A DNA stretch of 64,000 nucleotides from the sequence record NC_048821.1, one strand, 5' to 3'. Below are positions 9,564 through 17,193 of the stretch, piece after piece. The stretch's first letter is position 1; every line of letters begins with the position of its first letter. The translations under genes were made by a program, and so were the position numbers. The notes under the pieces were generated by a model. It made no database searches, was not told the origin of the DNA, and worked only from the letters and a program-made list of their open reading frames with translations.

Positions 9564-11756
9564 ATGAAAAGAAATATCGTAGCTCAGCTGACCCCTAGTT
9601 CTGCTGGCGTTTACACAGCTATCAAAGCGGGTCTTAACCAAGGCGCTTTCCAGTCGTTTGCTGGTGTTGAATCTCTACAAACAGCGAGCGAGCAATTAGG
9701 CTTGGTTACTGGTAACGAATCATTCAGTGGTTCTGCGCGTGAAACACTTAAAGCCCTAACTGGTGAACAGCAATTCGCTGTAATCAACTCTGTGCAGCGT
9801 GCACTAGAGAAAAACTCTGTTGACGGCATGGAATCTCTACTAAGCGAAGAAAAGAAAGTCGCTGGTATGGAAGGTTTCTCTTGGGCTCAGTCTCCTGGTC
9901 ATTCTGTTGAAGGCAAAGCGGCTTCTATCACACTTAACGCTCTAGCTCACCGTCAAACTGACGCAGCTGAAGCGATGTTCAAGACGGTTTCTGTTCCTTA
10001 CGAATCAGAGCAACTTGAATACACAGTTCGTACTTCAGGTCTAGGTCGTTACATCTACGGTGCATCTGCATTTGATTCAGCGTCTCAACTACAACCTGTT
10101 ACAAGCCTACTGCGTCAGTCTAAATACTTCCTAGACGACACACTAGAGCTAACTCCGGTTTACCCAGCGGCATCTGATTCTCCAGTTCGCAAGCTATTCG
10201 TTGACGAAGCAGACTTCACTCCTTGGGAAAAGTCTTACTCTAACGCGGACGCACTACGTCGCTCAAACCACCTAACGTCTTTCATTAAGACTGGTAAAAC
10301 AATTACCAACCTACTAGGTATCGCTGAAGTACCTGGACAGACTCCTTTCGATAACTCAACTGACGAAATCGAAGCGAACTCTATCACTGTTCAGAAAGTT
10401 CTATTCAAAGTAACTATCGGTGGCACTGACCACGTTCTAGTACTTCCAACGAACAACTTCACAAACTCTTCTTTCGGTGTGACTTCTAACGGCCACAGCT
10501 CTGACGACCGTCTACTAAACATGGTTGTAAAAGCTCTACCTGTTACTGCGTTCCAAGCAAAAGACGGCACTGAAACAACAGCATTCGATCCAGTACAAGC
10601 TGGCGGCGCTAAAGCTTACTTCAGCTTTACACTTGGTGGTACTTACCAACGTCAAACTAACTCGATCACGACTAACGCGTCTGATCTAAACCTTGACTAC
10701 ATCGAACTAGATGACGTTAAGCACAACCAGGCTACTAAGTCTACTACTGTGAAAGCGCTATTCAGCAAGTTCGAAAACGGTCAAGTGATCGGTTGGTTGC
10801 CTTCGTACAACCACAACAACGTTAACCGTACTAACTTCGGTTACCGTGTTGAAGTGTTCGACGCACACAAAGTGATGAACGTTCGTCGCGAAACTCCTAT
10901 CTCTGTGAAATACCCAGTTGATAAGAACGACGTGAACGAAGAGTCTCTAAGCTTCGCTATCGAAGAGATGAACACAATCCTACAAGCGCAAACTACAGCT
11001 AAAGCTTACCAAGCTGCTGAAGGTCACATTGCACGCGTAGCATCTCTAAACGGTCACGCGATCGTAGGTAACGAACAGTCTGCTTCTGTAATGGCTGGTA
11101 TGCACTTCGTTAACGCTTCTTACCTAAACCGTAAGATGAAGCTAGCGGACGCTGTATCTGCTCTTGACTCTACTACAGTTCTAGAAGCTGTAGAGAAAAC
11201 GCTAACTATGAACATCACTGAGCTATGTGCAGCACTAAGCACAGTGTCTGGTCTAGCGGCGATTTCTGAGTACCGTCGTATCGACAAGAAGTGGGTAATC
11301 GTTGGTCACCAAAACCTAGCACGCTACATGATCCGTCAAGGTGATGCACGTACTATCGGTGCTGGTATCTCGTTCCAAGCGATCGAGTCTAACCTAGACG
11401 ACATGATCGGTAAGTTCTACATCTTCCCAGAATCTGACACTAACGGCGAAAACATCGACGTTATCGGTGGCATGGGTGTGATGGTTTCTAAAGAACACCA
11501 AGTGATCCAAGCGAACCTAACTCGTAACAACGCGGACTTCGGTATCGTAATCACTCAACCAGCATACAAACACCACTCTGTATGTCCTATCATCGGTGTA
11601 CTAGAAATCGAAGATGCGAAACACGCAATCGACGAAGAAGGTCTAATCCGTTACCTAAACGCTCAGCGCGTAAAAGTAACTAACGCCGACGAGTTCCCTG
11701 AAGCTGGTGGTGCTGCTGGTGCATCAGCTGACGCTGACGCTGGTAAACTACCATAG
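9564..11756 (+). CDS. major capsid protein, phiKZ gp120 / EL gp78-like
   Basis: 730 aa; TxAAEAMFKTVSVP and RRETPISVKYPV segments typical of the phiKZ-family capsid; strongly biased codon use; N-terminal G-x-E sites; strong terminator downstream. Confidence 0.85.
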   Translation: MKRNIVAQLTPSSAGVYTAIKAGLNQGAFQSFAGVESLQTASEQLGLVTGNESFSGSARETLKALTGEQQFAVINSVQRALEKNSVDGMESLLSEEKKVAGMEGFSWAQSPGHSVEGKAASITLNALAHRQTDAAEAMFKTVSVPYESEQLEYTVRTSGLGRYIYGASAFDSASQLQPVTSLLRQSKYFLDDTLELTPVYPAASDSPVRKLFVDEADFTPWEKSYSNADALRRSNHLTSFIKTGKTITNLLGIAEVPGQTPFDNSTDEIEANSITVQKVLFKVTIGGTDHVLVLPTNNFTNSSFGVTSNGHSSDDRLLNMVVKALPVTAFQAKDGTETTAFDPVQAGGAKAYFSFTLGGTYQRQTNSITTNASDLNLDYIELDDVKHNQATKSTTVKALFSKFENGQVIGWLPSYNHNNVNRTNFGYRVEVFDAHKVMNVRRETPISVKYPVDKNDVNEESLSFAIEEMNTILQAQTTAKAYQAAEGHIARVASLNGHAIVGNEQSASVMAGMHFVNASYLNRKMKLADAVSALDSTTVLEAVEKTLTMNITELCAALSTVSGLAAISEYRRIDKKWVIVGHQNLARYMIRQGDARTIGAGISFQAIESNLDDMIGKFYIFPESDTNGENIDVIGGMGVMVSKEHQVIQANLTRNNADFGIVITQPAYKHHSVCPIIGVLEIEDAKHAIDEEGLIRYLNAQRVKVTNADEFPEAGGAAGASADADAGKLP

Positions 11757-11789
11757 AGCGAACTAGTTAACTAAACCGTTAACTTACTT

Positions 11790-11827
11790 TAATACTCCTC
11801 CCTGCTTTCGGGCAGGGAGGAGTATTA
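11790..11827 (+). terminator. hairpin terminator after the capsid gene (conserved family)
   Basis: TAATACTCCTCCCTGC-TTTCGG-GCAGGGAGGAGTATTA. Confidence 0.8.
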
Positions 11828-11840
11828 TGTTTCTGTTAAA

Positions 11841-11861
11841 TTTTTACAAACCTATATTATC
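11841..11861 (+). promoter_or_regulatory. phiKZ-type early promoter candidate
   Basis: TTTTTACAAACCTATATTATC, resembles the phiKZ early TATATTAC motif; upstream of the operon holding the nvRNAP subunit. Confidence 0.55.
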
Positions 11862-11922
11862 TTCCTGATGCATGACGATGTATCGTTTAATTACTTAATT
11901 AAGTTTTGTTGTACATTACCTC

Positions 11923-13008
11923 ATGAGGAAATATATTATGTCTGTAAAGATCCCTTCTAACTTTCTTGAACGTCCGCAAATCTATGGACGTGAGAAACCA
12001 GCACATCGCGAACATATAAACGTCGAAGTCTTAAACTACACAACGGAAGACTTGTTCATAAAACGCAGTTCATACAACACCGTGTGTCAACCGCTTACTA
12101 TTATGGACGAGCCAAGATGTTGTGTAGAAGTCATTGTTACTTATTCTTTTAACTTCGAAAACATTCCTTCTTTCTTTGAACCGGAAACTCCACTGGACTT
12201 ATACATCATGTTTAAGATCAGAGAAGCGTACCGCAATAAGTCGGAGGAGGAATTAATCGCATTTGGTGGTCAAATCAATGGACGATTGGTAATCGGGATA
12301 TCCCGTACCAACTTAGGGGAATACGTAGGAAGCGATGGTGGTGTACACTCTCGGCTTTTAAGTATGTCTTTTTATCCCTTCCAAAAACTTGAAAAGGACT
12401 TTGTTAAGATTCCGTCTCCGTTTTATTCTGGTATCACTGTTGATCCCAGTGGTAATCGAGTAGATCGTAATTCTCCAACACAAGTTCTTTATGAGTACGT
12501 AAATAACACCAACCCGGACGCAGTCATTTATACGCCTGTAAACGGTCAGGTGTTGAAACTCGTCCCTAAGCAAGATCCAAATCAAGAAGATGGATTAAAA
12601 CTTACCGTAACTTCTATATTAGGTATGAAAGAAATATTTTCACCAATACCTGATCCGGTTGTTAATCGGGAAAAGTTCTTTAAAGCATTAGAAGATAACA
12701 ATCTTTATTTGTCGTCCTCTGAAGCCTTAGAGTCCATTAATAGTAAATCTTTACAGCAAGCCACATCTATGGTGTCCTCACTGCAAACTAAAGTGAAGGC
12801 GCTAGAGAAGGAAACCCTTACACTGAGGGAAGCACATGGTAAGCTTAAAGAAACGAATAGCAAGCAACAACTCAAACATGAACAAACTTCGGTTTGGAGT
12901 AAATTATTTGAATCGGTAATCAAAGTGCCATTCAACATAATCGGACACTTGCTAGAAGCTAAATTAACCCAGGTCTTAGCACCCAAGTTAATGTCAGCTA
13001 TTTTGTAA
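11923..13008 (+). CDS. conserved jumbo-phage hypothetical protein with C-terminal coiled coil
   Basis: 361 aa, between capsid and RNAP genes; heptad-rich LQTKVKALEKETLTLREAHGKLKE. Confidence 0.7.
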   Translation: MRKYIMSVKIPSNFLERPQIYGREKPAHREHINVEVLNYTTEDLFIKRSSYNTVCQPLTIMDEPRCCVEVIVTYSFNFENIPSFFEPETPLDLYIMFKIREAYRNKSEEELIAFGGQINGRLVIGISRTNLGEYVGSDGGVHSRLLSMSFYPFQKLEKDFVKIPSPFYSGITVDPSGNRVDRNSPTQVLYEYVNNTNPDAVIYTPVNGQVLKLVPKQDPNQEDGLKLTVTSILGMKEIFSPIPDPVVNREKFFKALEDNNLYLSSSEALESINSKSLQQATSMVSSLQTKVKALEKETLTLREAHGKLKETNSKQQLKHEQTSVWSKLFESVIKVPFNIIGHLLEAKLTQVLAPKLMSAIL

Positions 13009-13053
13009 TCTTACCTATGTGTTACCTCGCTAAAATAATAAGAGGAAACACAA

Positions 13054-14727
13054 ATGGACCCGAGGTTACTTGATGCTATCGACGAAACCATGCCCCGTAT
13101 GAATACGGAGTTAACAAAGGGATTCCATGCACGTCAGTTCGAAGATATCGAAAAATGGTACGAGCGGCAATTACGCATGATCCTAAAGTCGTTAGAATCC
13201 AAAGGGGTGAAGTTTCATGGGTTAAGACCCGTACGCCCCGATGAGATGTTCAAGGTTATTAGCGAAACGACTCAGAACAAAACCTTTGAGACCAATAAAG
13301 AATCACTTTATCCAACACGGCTAGACATCACATACACCGATAATCAAGGTGTGGAGCGTGTCTTCCCTAACATCTACGTTATGCTCCCGTTTACCGACGA
13401 GTATGGCGATATGTATTTACGTGACTCTTTATACTCATTGCAGATCGTTCTCGCAGACCGTGGTCTGAGTGTTACCAAAGATGAACAGATCTTTGTGAGA
13501 ATTCTTGGTTACAAGTTCAAAATAGGCACGGAGAACATCGGTTTCGATCGATTGTATCCGAGCTTAAATGGCAACCGTACTGCACCCATGCAGCTTAACT
13601 TGCCCGCCAACCGCTTCTATACACCAAAAGAAGCGTGGCGAGTTAACCCGAAGAAAGTACCTGAACCTTTATTGGCTTGGTACATGTTCGCGGAATACGG
13701 TGTAACCAAAACGATGGAAAAATATGGTGAATGCGAAATTGCCGTAGGGGAAAGTGATGTCATTAGTGACAGCTACCCTGAAAGCGAAGGTTGGGAGATC
13801 TACGCAAATAGTGGTCGACGTTCAGAGAGACAGTTGACGAAGACTTCTATTTTCAACTCCTTTGCGATTGCGGTTCGTCCGTTAAATCGTAAACGGGGAG
13901 AGATTCCAACAGTGACATTACAATACGTAGCAAGTTTAATATTCTTGTTTGATTGCGGTTCCACGCTAGTTGATTTAGATCGACTAGATGACCGAATGTT
14001 CTGGCGTTTGATTATTGGTATGTCGTCCATGTCCTCTCGAGGCGGTGCGGATAACATATTGCGTCAAATGAAAGACCATTTTCAAAGCATCTATGAATAC
14101 ATGGATGAGAGTTCAATCAAGCGCTTTGCAGCGCAACGAATTGTTGTGAATGATATGTTCGATTTGTTCAACTACATCATCGCAAACCGTACTGAAATCG
14201 TTAAAACTGTCGACCGAGCTGATATGCTCCATAAAGAAGTCTGTTCACTAGAATACACGATGGACCGTCTCATCGTCCGAGCTAATCGTTTTAAACACGA
14301 TATTAAAAATATCACTGATCTGAACACGAGCAAGGTAGGTCACACTATCGTCCGCTGGTTTGGTCTAAGAGATATAGAACCCGCCGCCCGAGAATCTAAC
14401 TTGATCCAAGAGTCAACACCAACCGATTGCCCATTGGCAGATTATGTGTTAGGTGTCATGACTCAGGCTAAGGTTTGTTCAACACGAGGCAGCAAACGAG
14501 CTGGCTTTAACGTCAGCGACCCGGCTAACGGTATTCATCCGTCGTTACCATTCACTATGTCTCCTGAGCGCATTACTAAACCGGATCCAGATGGTCGTGG
14601 GTATCTTAGCCCAACCGTTCATTTGAATCTGTCTAATTGTATCGTGCTTGATCCAAAACTTCGGGATTTGTATAACGCCACTACTGCTCGTTTGACGACA
14701 CGTCAGCCGAGAGACAACCAAAAATGA
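13054..14727 (+). CDS. non-virion RNA polymerase beta-subunit N-terminal part, phiKZ gp123-like
   Basis: N-terminus MDPRLLDAIDETMPRMNTELTKG, YSLQIVLADRGLS, C-terminal KPDPDGRGYLSP; position downstream of the capsid gene as in phiKZ. Confidence 0.75.
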   Translation: MDPRLLDAIDETMPRMNTELTKGFHARQFEDIEKWYERQLRMILKSLESKGVKFHGLRPVRPDEMFKVISETTQNKTFETNKESLYPTRLDITYTDNQGVERVFPNIYVMLPFTDEYGDMYLRDSLYSLQIVLADRGLSVTKDEQIFVRILGYKFKIGTENIGFDRLYPSLNGNRTAPMQLNLPANRFYTPKEAWRVNPKKVPEPLLAWYMFAEYGVTKTMEKYGECEIAVGESDVISDSYPESEGWEIYANSGRRSERQLTKTSIFNSFAIAVRPLNRKRGEIPTVTLQYVASLIFLFDCGSTLVDLDRLDDRMFWRLIIGMSSMSSRGGADNILRQMKDHFQSIYEYMDESSIKRFAAQRIVVNDMFDLFNYIIANRTEIVKTVDRADMLHKEVCSLEYTMDRLIVRANRFKHDIKNITDLNTSKVGHTIVRWFGLRDIEPAARESNLIQESTPTDCPLADYVLGVMTQAKVCSTRGSKRAGFNVSDPANGIHPSLPFTMSPERITKPDPDGRGYLSPTVHLNLSNCIVLDPKLRDLYNATTARLTTRQPRDNQK

Positions 14728-14763
14728 GTCATCAAAACCCAAACTTTCCACTGTGAAAATCAG

Positions 14764-15033
14764 TTGAGAAGTATTAGAGCTAACCACAAGACAAATTATT
14801 TTGCTGAACTCAATGTTAAATTCAATGGCGGACCTATCCAACCTGAAGAACCAACACAAAGCGTCAGCACGTCACCTGACACCCAGTCAGAGTGGGTGGC
14901 TAAAAAGGTTCCTCAACTTCTCTTACTTAAAGAGATCAACGCCCTTCGTGACAAATTAGAAATGCCACGATTAAAAGCTCGTTGGTCCCCTAACGGTGAT
15001 ATCATTGATATCGAGGAAGAACCATGCAAGTAA
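14764..15033 (+). CDS. hypothetical protein (start uncertain)
   Basis: frame open from 14728 to 15033, TTG start only. Confidence 0.4.
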   Translation: MRSIRANHKTNYFAELNVKFNGGPIQPEEPTQSVSTSPDTQSEWVAKKVPQLLLLKEINALRDKLEMPRLKARWSPNGDIIDIEEEPCK

Positions 15034-15761
15034 AATTAAGTGAATTGTCGTCACAACAATTAACGGAAACCATGATTGAGAGGCAGCACTTCGATGAAAA
15101 GTTGCTACGTGATTGGCTGAGTGTAAAATCGGAGATGGGTGAATTAGATTCACTACCTATGACTCTGAACATCGAAATCGACGGTAAATTCTATAACGTC
15201 ATTGTACCAATGAATACCCCGGAATACGCTTGTATCTCGAACCTTCCGTTTTATCCGGTGGCGGTGGCTAAGACTAAGTTAGAATACCACGAAATAGCCG
15301 ACTCCATAATCCTGAGTGATTACAAGTCACATGGTGTGGTTTCGAGCGCTATGCGTGAATTCCTGGTCATGGCTCAAAACAAGCAGAACTCTTATCCCTT
15401 CATTTATGAGATAGTGACGGAGGATGAAAAGCTTACTTTGAGCATGTTGACTGAGAACGCACTTCATATGAATCCTTCGGAGTGGACTGCTCGTTATGTC
15501 GATTACCAAGACTTAACTGTTTATAACCGTAAATCACTCAATGAGCGCGTTGAGGGTGGTCCCACTAATTCATCCGACGAGATGTTCAAAGAAGTTGGTA
15601 ACTCTTTACAGGAAGCCATACAGGAAGTTAAAGAGTCACCCCTGGGTGAGCACATCGAAGGTGGTATGGGTGAAGACGGTCGTTACGTAGTTAAAACCTT
15701 CCGTCAGTTCCATACCCGTGAAGAGTACTTGGATTACATGCGTAAAGTCATGGACCTATAA
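15024..15761 (+). CDS. hypothetical protein
   Basis: 245 aa, GAGG RBS, followed by a terminator. Confidence 0.7.
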   Translation: MQVKLSELSSQQLTETMIERQHFDEKLLRDWLSVKSEMGELDSLPMTLNIEIDGKFYNVIVPMNTPEYACISNLPFYPVAVAKTKLEYHEIADSIILSDYKSHGVVSSAMREFLVMAQNKQNSYPFIYEIVTEDEKLTLSMLTENALHMNPSEWTARYVDYQDLTVYNRKSLNERVEGGPTNSSDEMFKEVGNSLQEAIQEVKESPLGEHIEGGMGEDGRYVVKTFRQFHTREEYLDYMRKVMDL

Positions 15762-15769
15762 TAAAGACC

Positions 15770-15801
15770 TAACCCTACCTCCCGTAAAGGAGGTAGGGTT
15801 A
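15770..15801 (+). terminator. hairpin terminator (conserved family)
   Basis: TAACCCTACCTCC-CGTAAA-GGAGGTAGGGTTA followed by a T-rich run. Confidence 0.8.
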
Positions 15802-15831
15802 TCTTTACTTTCTTATTTTTTTAACATACAG

Positions 15832-15860
15832 TTTGTTTCAAACCTATATAACCTAAGTGT
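15832..15860 (+). promoter_or_regulatory. early promoter candidate
   Basis: TTTGTTTCAAACCTATATAACCTAAGTGT matches the motif at 11841, 40315, 50361 and 59860. Confidence 0.55.
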
Positions 15861-15913
15861 ATAAACATGAGTATATACGAAACTTAATCATTAACCTTAA
15901 GAAGGAACACACC

Positions 15914-16387
15914 ATGACTAACACTAACAAATCTCAAGAAACTAAAGCTACTCAAACTCAACCTATCATCACTGACGATTTCGATAAACCAGTGATCGGT
16001 AAGAATGAAGCAGTAGTTAATCCAACACCAGAACATGTTGACGATAAACCAAAAACTGAAGAAGAAGTTAGAGAAGAAGTTAAATCTAACATCAACATTT
16101 ACACTTTGGCGGGTGGTCTTATCGGCGCAGGCATAGGTGCGGCACGTACTAAATCCGTTGCTGGCTTTTGCACCGGGGTGGGTGCGTCAGCGGCAGCTAG
16201 CTGGATGACGGCTAAAGGTGAAGCTGAGCCACTTAAAGATGCGGCTAAAGGTCTACTTGCCGGGTTTGCCTCTAGTGTGCTTGTGAGCGAAGCACTCGCT
16301 TATACTAACATTGGGTCGGATTCATCACATGATTCTGACGAAGTAATCAAGACTGTAACTGAAACAGTAACTGAGAGTGAAGAGTAA
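15914..16387 (+). CDS. glycine-zipper membrane protein
   Basis: AAGGAA RBS before ATG 15914; LAGGLIGAGIGAA, GVGASAAA, KGLLAGFASSVLV. Confidence 0.65.
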   Translation: MTNTNKSQETKATQTQPIITDDFDKPVIGKNEAVVNPTPEHVDDKPKTEEEVREEVKSNINIYTLAGGLIGAGIGAARTKSVAGFCTGVGASAAASWMTAKGEAEPLKDAAKGLLAGFASSVLVSEALAYTNIGSDSSHDSDEVIKTVTETVTESEE

Positions 16388-16388
16388 C

Positions 16389-16694
16389 ATGGAAGAAATA
16401 ACCAAAGAGTTTTCAAAAACATACTACATTAACACCTCAACATTAGGTGGTGGGTTAATTGGTTCAGCGTTAGGAGGTTTAATTACTAACTCCTGTACTG
16501 GTGTGGTGAGCGGTGCTATTAACTCTGTCATCTACGCTACGTCTTCTGAACCTCGTCCGGAAGATGAAGAACCAGCTCCTTTACGAGATACTGTTAAAGG
16601 TCTTCTCATGGGAGCGGCGACGGCGACGATTACCGGATCCCTCGCTAACTCCATCTTTGGATCCAAAGACGATTCAGATGAAGTAGAGAAATAA
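16389..16694 (+). CDS. glycine-zipper membrane protein, paralog of 15914..16387
   Basis: INTSTLGGGLIGSALGG vs INIYTLAGGLIGAGIGA; PLRDTVKGLLMG vs PLKDAAKGLLAG. Confidence 0.65.
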   Translation: MEEITKEFSKTYYINTSTLGGGLIGSALGGLITNSCTGVVSGAINSVIYATSSEPRPEDEEPAPLRDTVKGLLMGAATATITGSLANSIFGSKDDSDEVEK

Positions 16695-16700
16695 ATAGAT

Positions 16701-16734
16701 TAAGATGTTATGGGTGAAAGCCCGTAACATCTTA
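16701..16734 (+). terminator. hairpin terminator with GAAA tetraloop
   Basis: TAAGATGTTATGGGT-GAAA-GCCCGTAACATCTTA then T-run. Confidence 0.7.
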
Positions 16735-16747
16735 CTAACTAATTTTT

Positions 16748-17140
16748 TTGTCTATTCTAATAAGGTCGAGTCCAATGAGCATTGAAGTCGCACCACACCC
16801 AGTACCGTTTCTTAAAGAAGCGTTTACACTGGGTGACATTCAAGACTTTAAACCCCGACTAAATAAGTTGTTGGTTGAGGAAAACATTCCTGACGATTAT
16901 TGTCATCCTTCGTTAGTGATGTGTAAAAACGTGCTTTACGATAAAGGCTGGTACCGTGGGGACGCGGAACTCACTCATAACGTCAGCGTGGTTTTTCTAT
17001 GGTGGTATCATAAGTGTGGTAATCGAGAACGGTTACTAAAGCACGCTTACGACCACTTCCATTTATTAGGTGATCATAACTTCAAATTCTTTGGTCACTT
17101 AGATGCGTTATACGACGCTTACGTTTCAATGAAAAAGTAA
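16748..17140 (+). CDS. hypothetical protein
   Basis: ORF of 122-130 aa; ATG 16775 after AAGG is the likely start. Confidence 0.55.
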   Translation: MSILIRSSPMSIEVAPHPVPFLKEAFTLGDIQDFKPRLNKLLVEENIPDDYCHPSLVMCKNVLYDKGWYRGDAELTHNVSVVFLWWYHKCGNRERLLKHAYDHFHLLGDHNFKFFGHLDALYDAYVSMKK

Positions 17141-17142
17141 AT

Positions 17143-17176
17143 AATACCTACCATCCCTTTGGGGATGGTAGGTATT
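17143..17176. terminator. bidirectional hairpin terminator (conserved family)
   Basis: AATACCTACCATCCC-TTTG-GGGATGGTAGGTATT between convergent genes. Confidence 0.8.
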
Positions 17177-17193
17177 TAAGTTATCTTTATTTT

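Noticed and set aside
7314-14727. Inteins or introns in helicase or RNAP subunit
   Set aside because: Lengths fit uninterrupted proteins; no Cys/His-Asn splice motifs or homing endonuclease seen.
14733-14745. A-AAC-CCA as a -1 frameshift site
   Set aside because: A -1 shift leads into the wrong frame (the long ORF needs +1), and C-rich heptamers are poor slippery sites.
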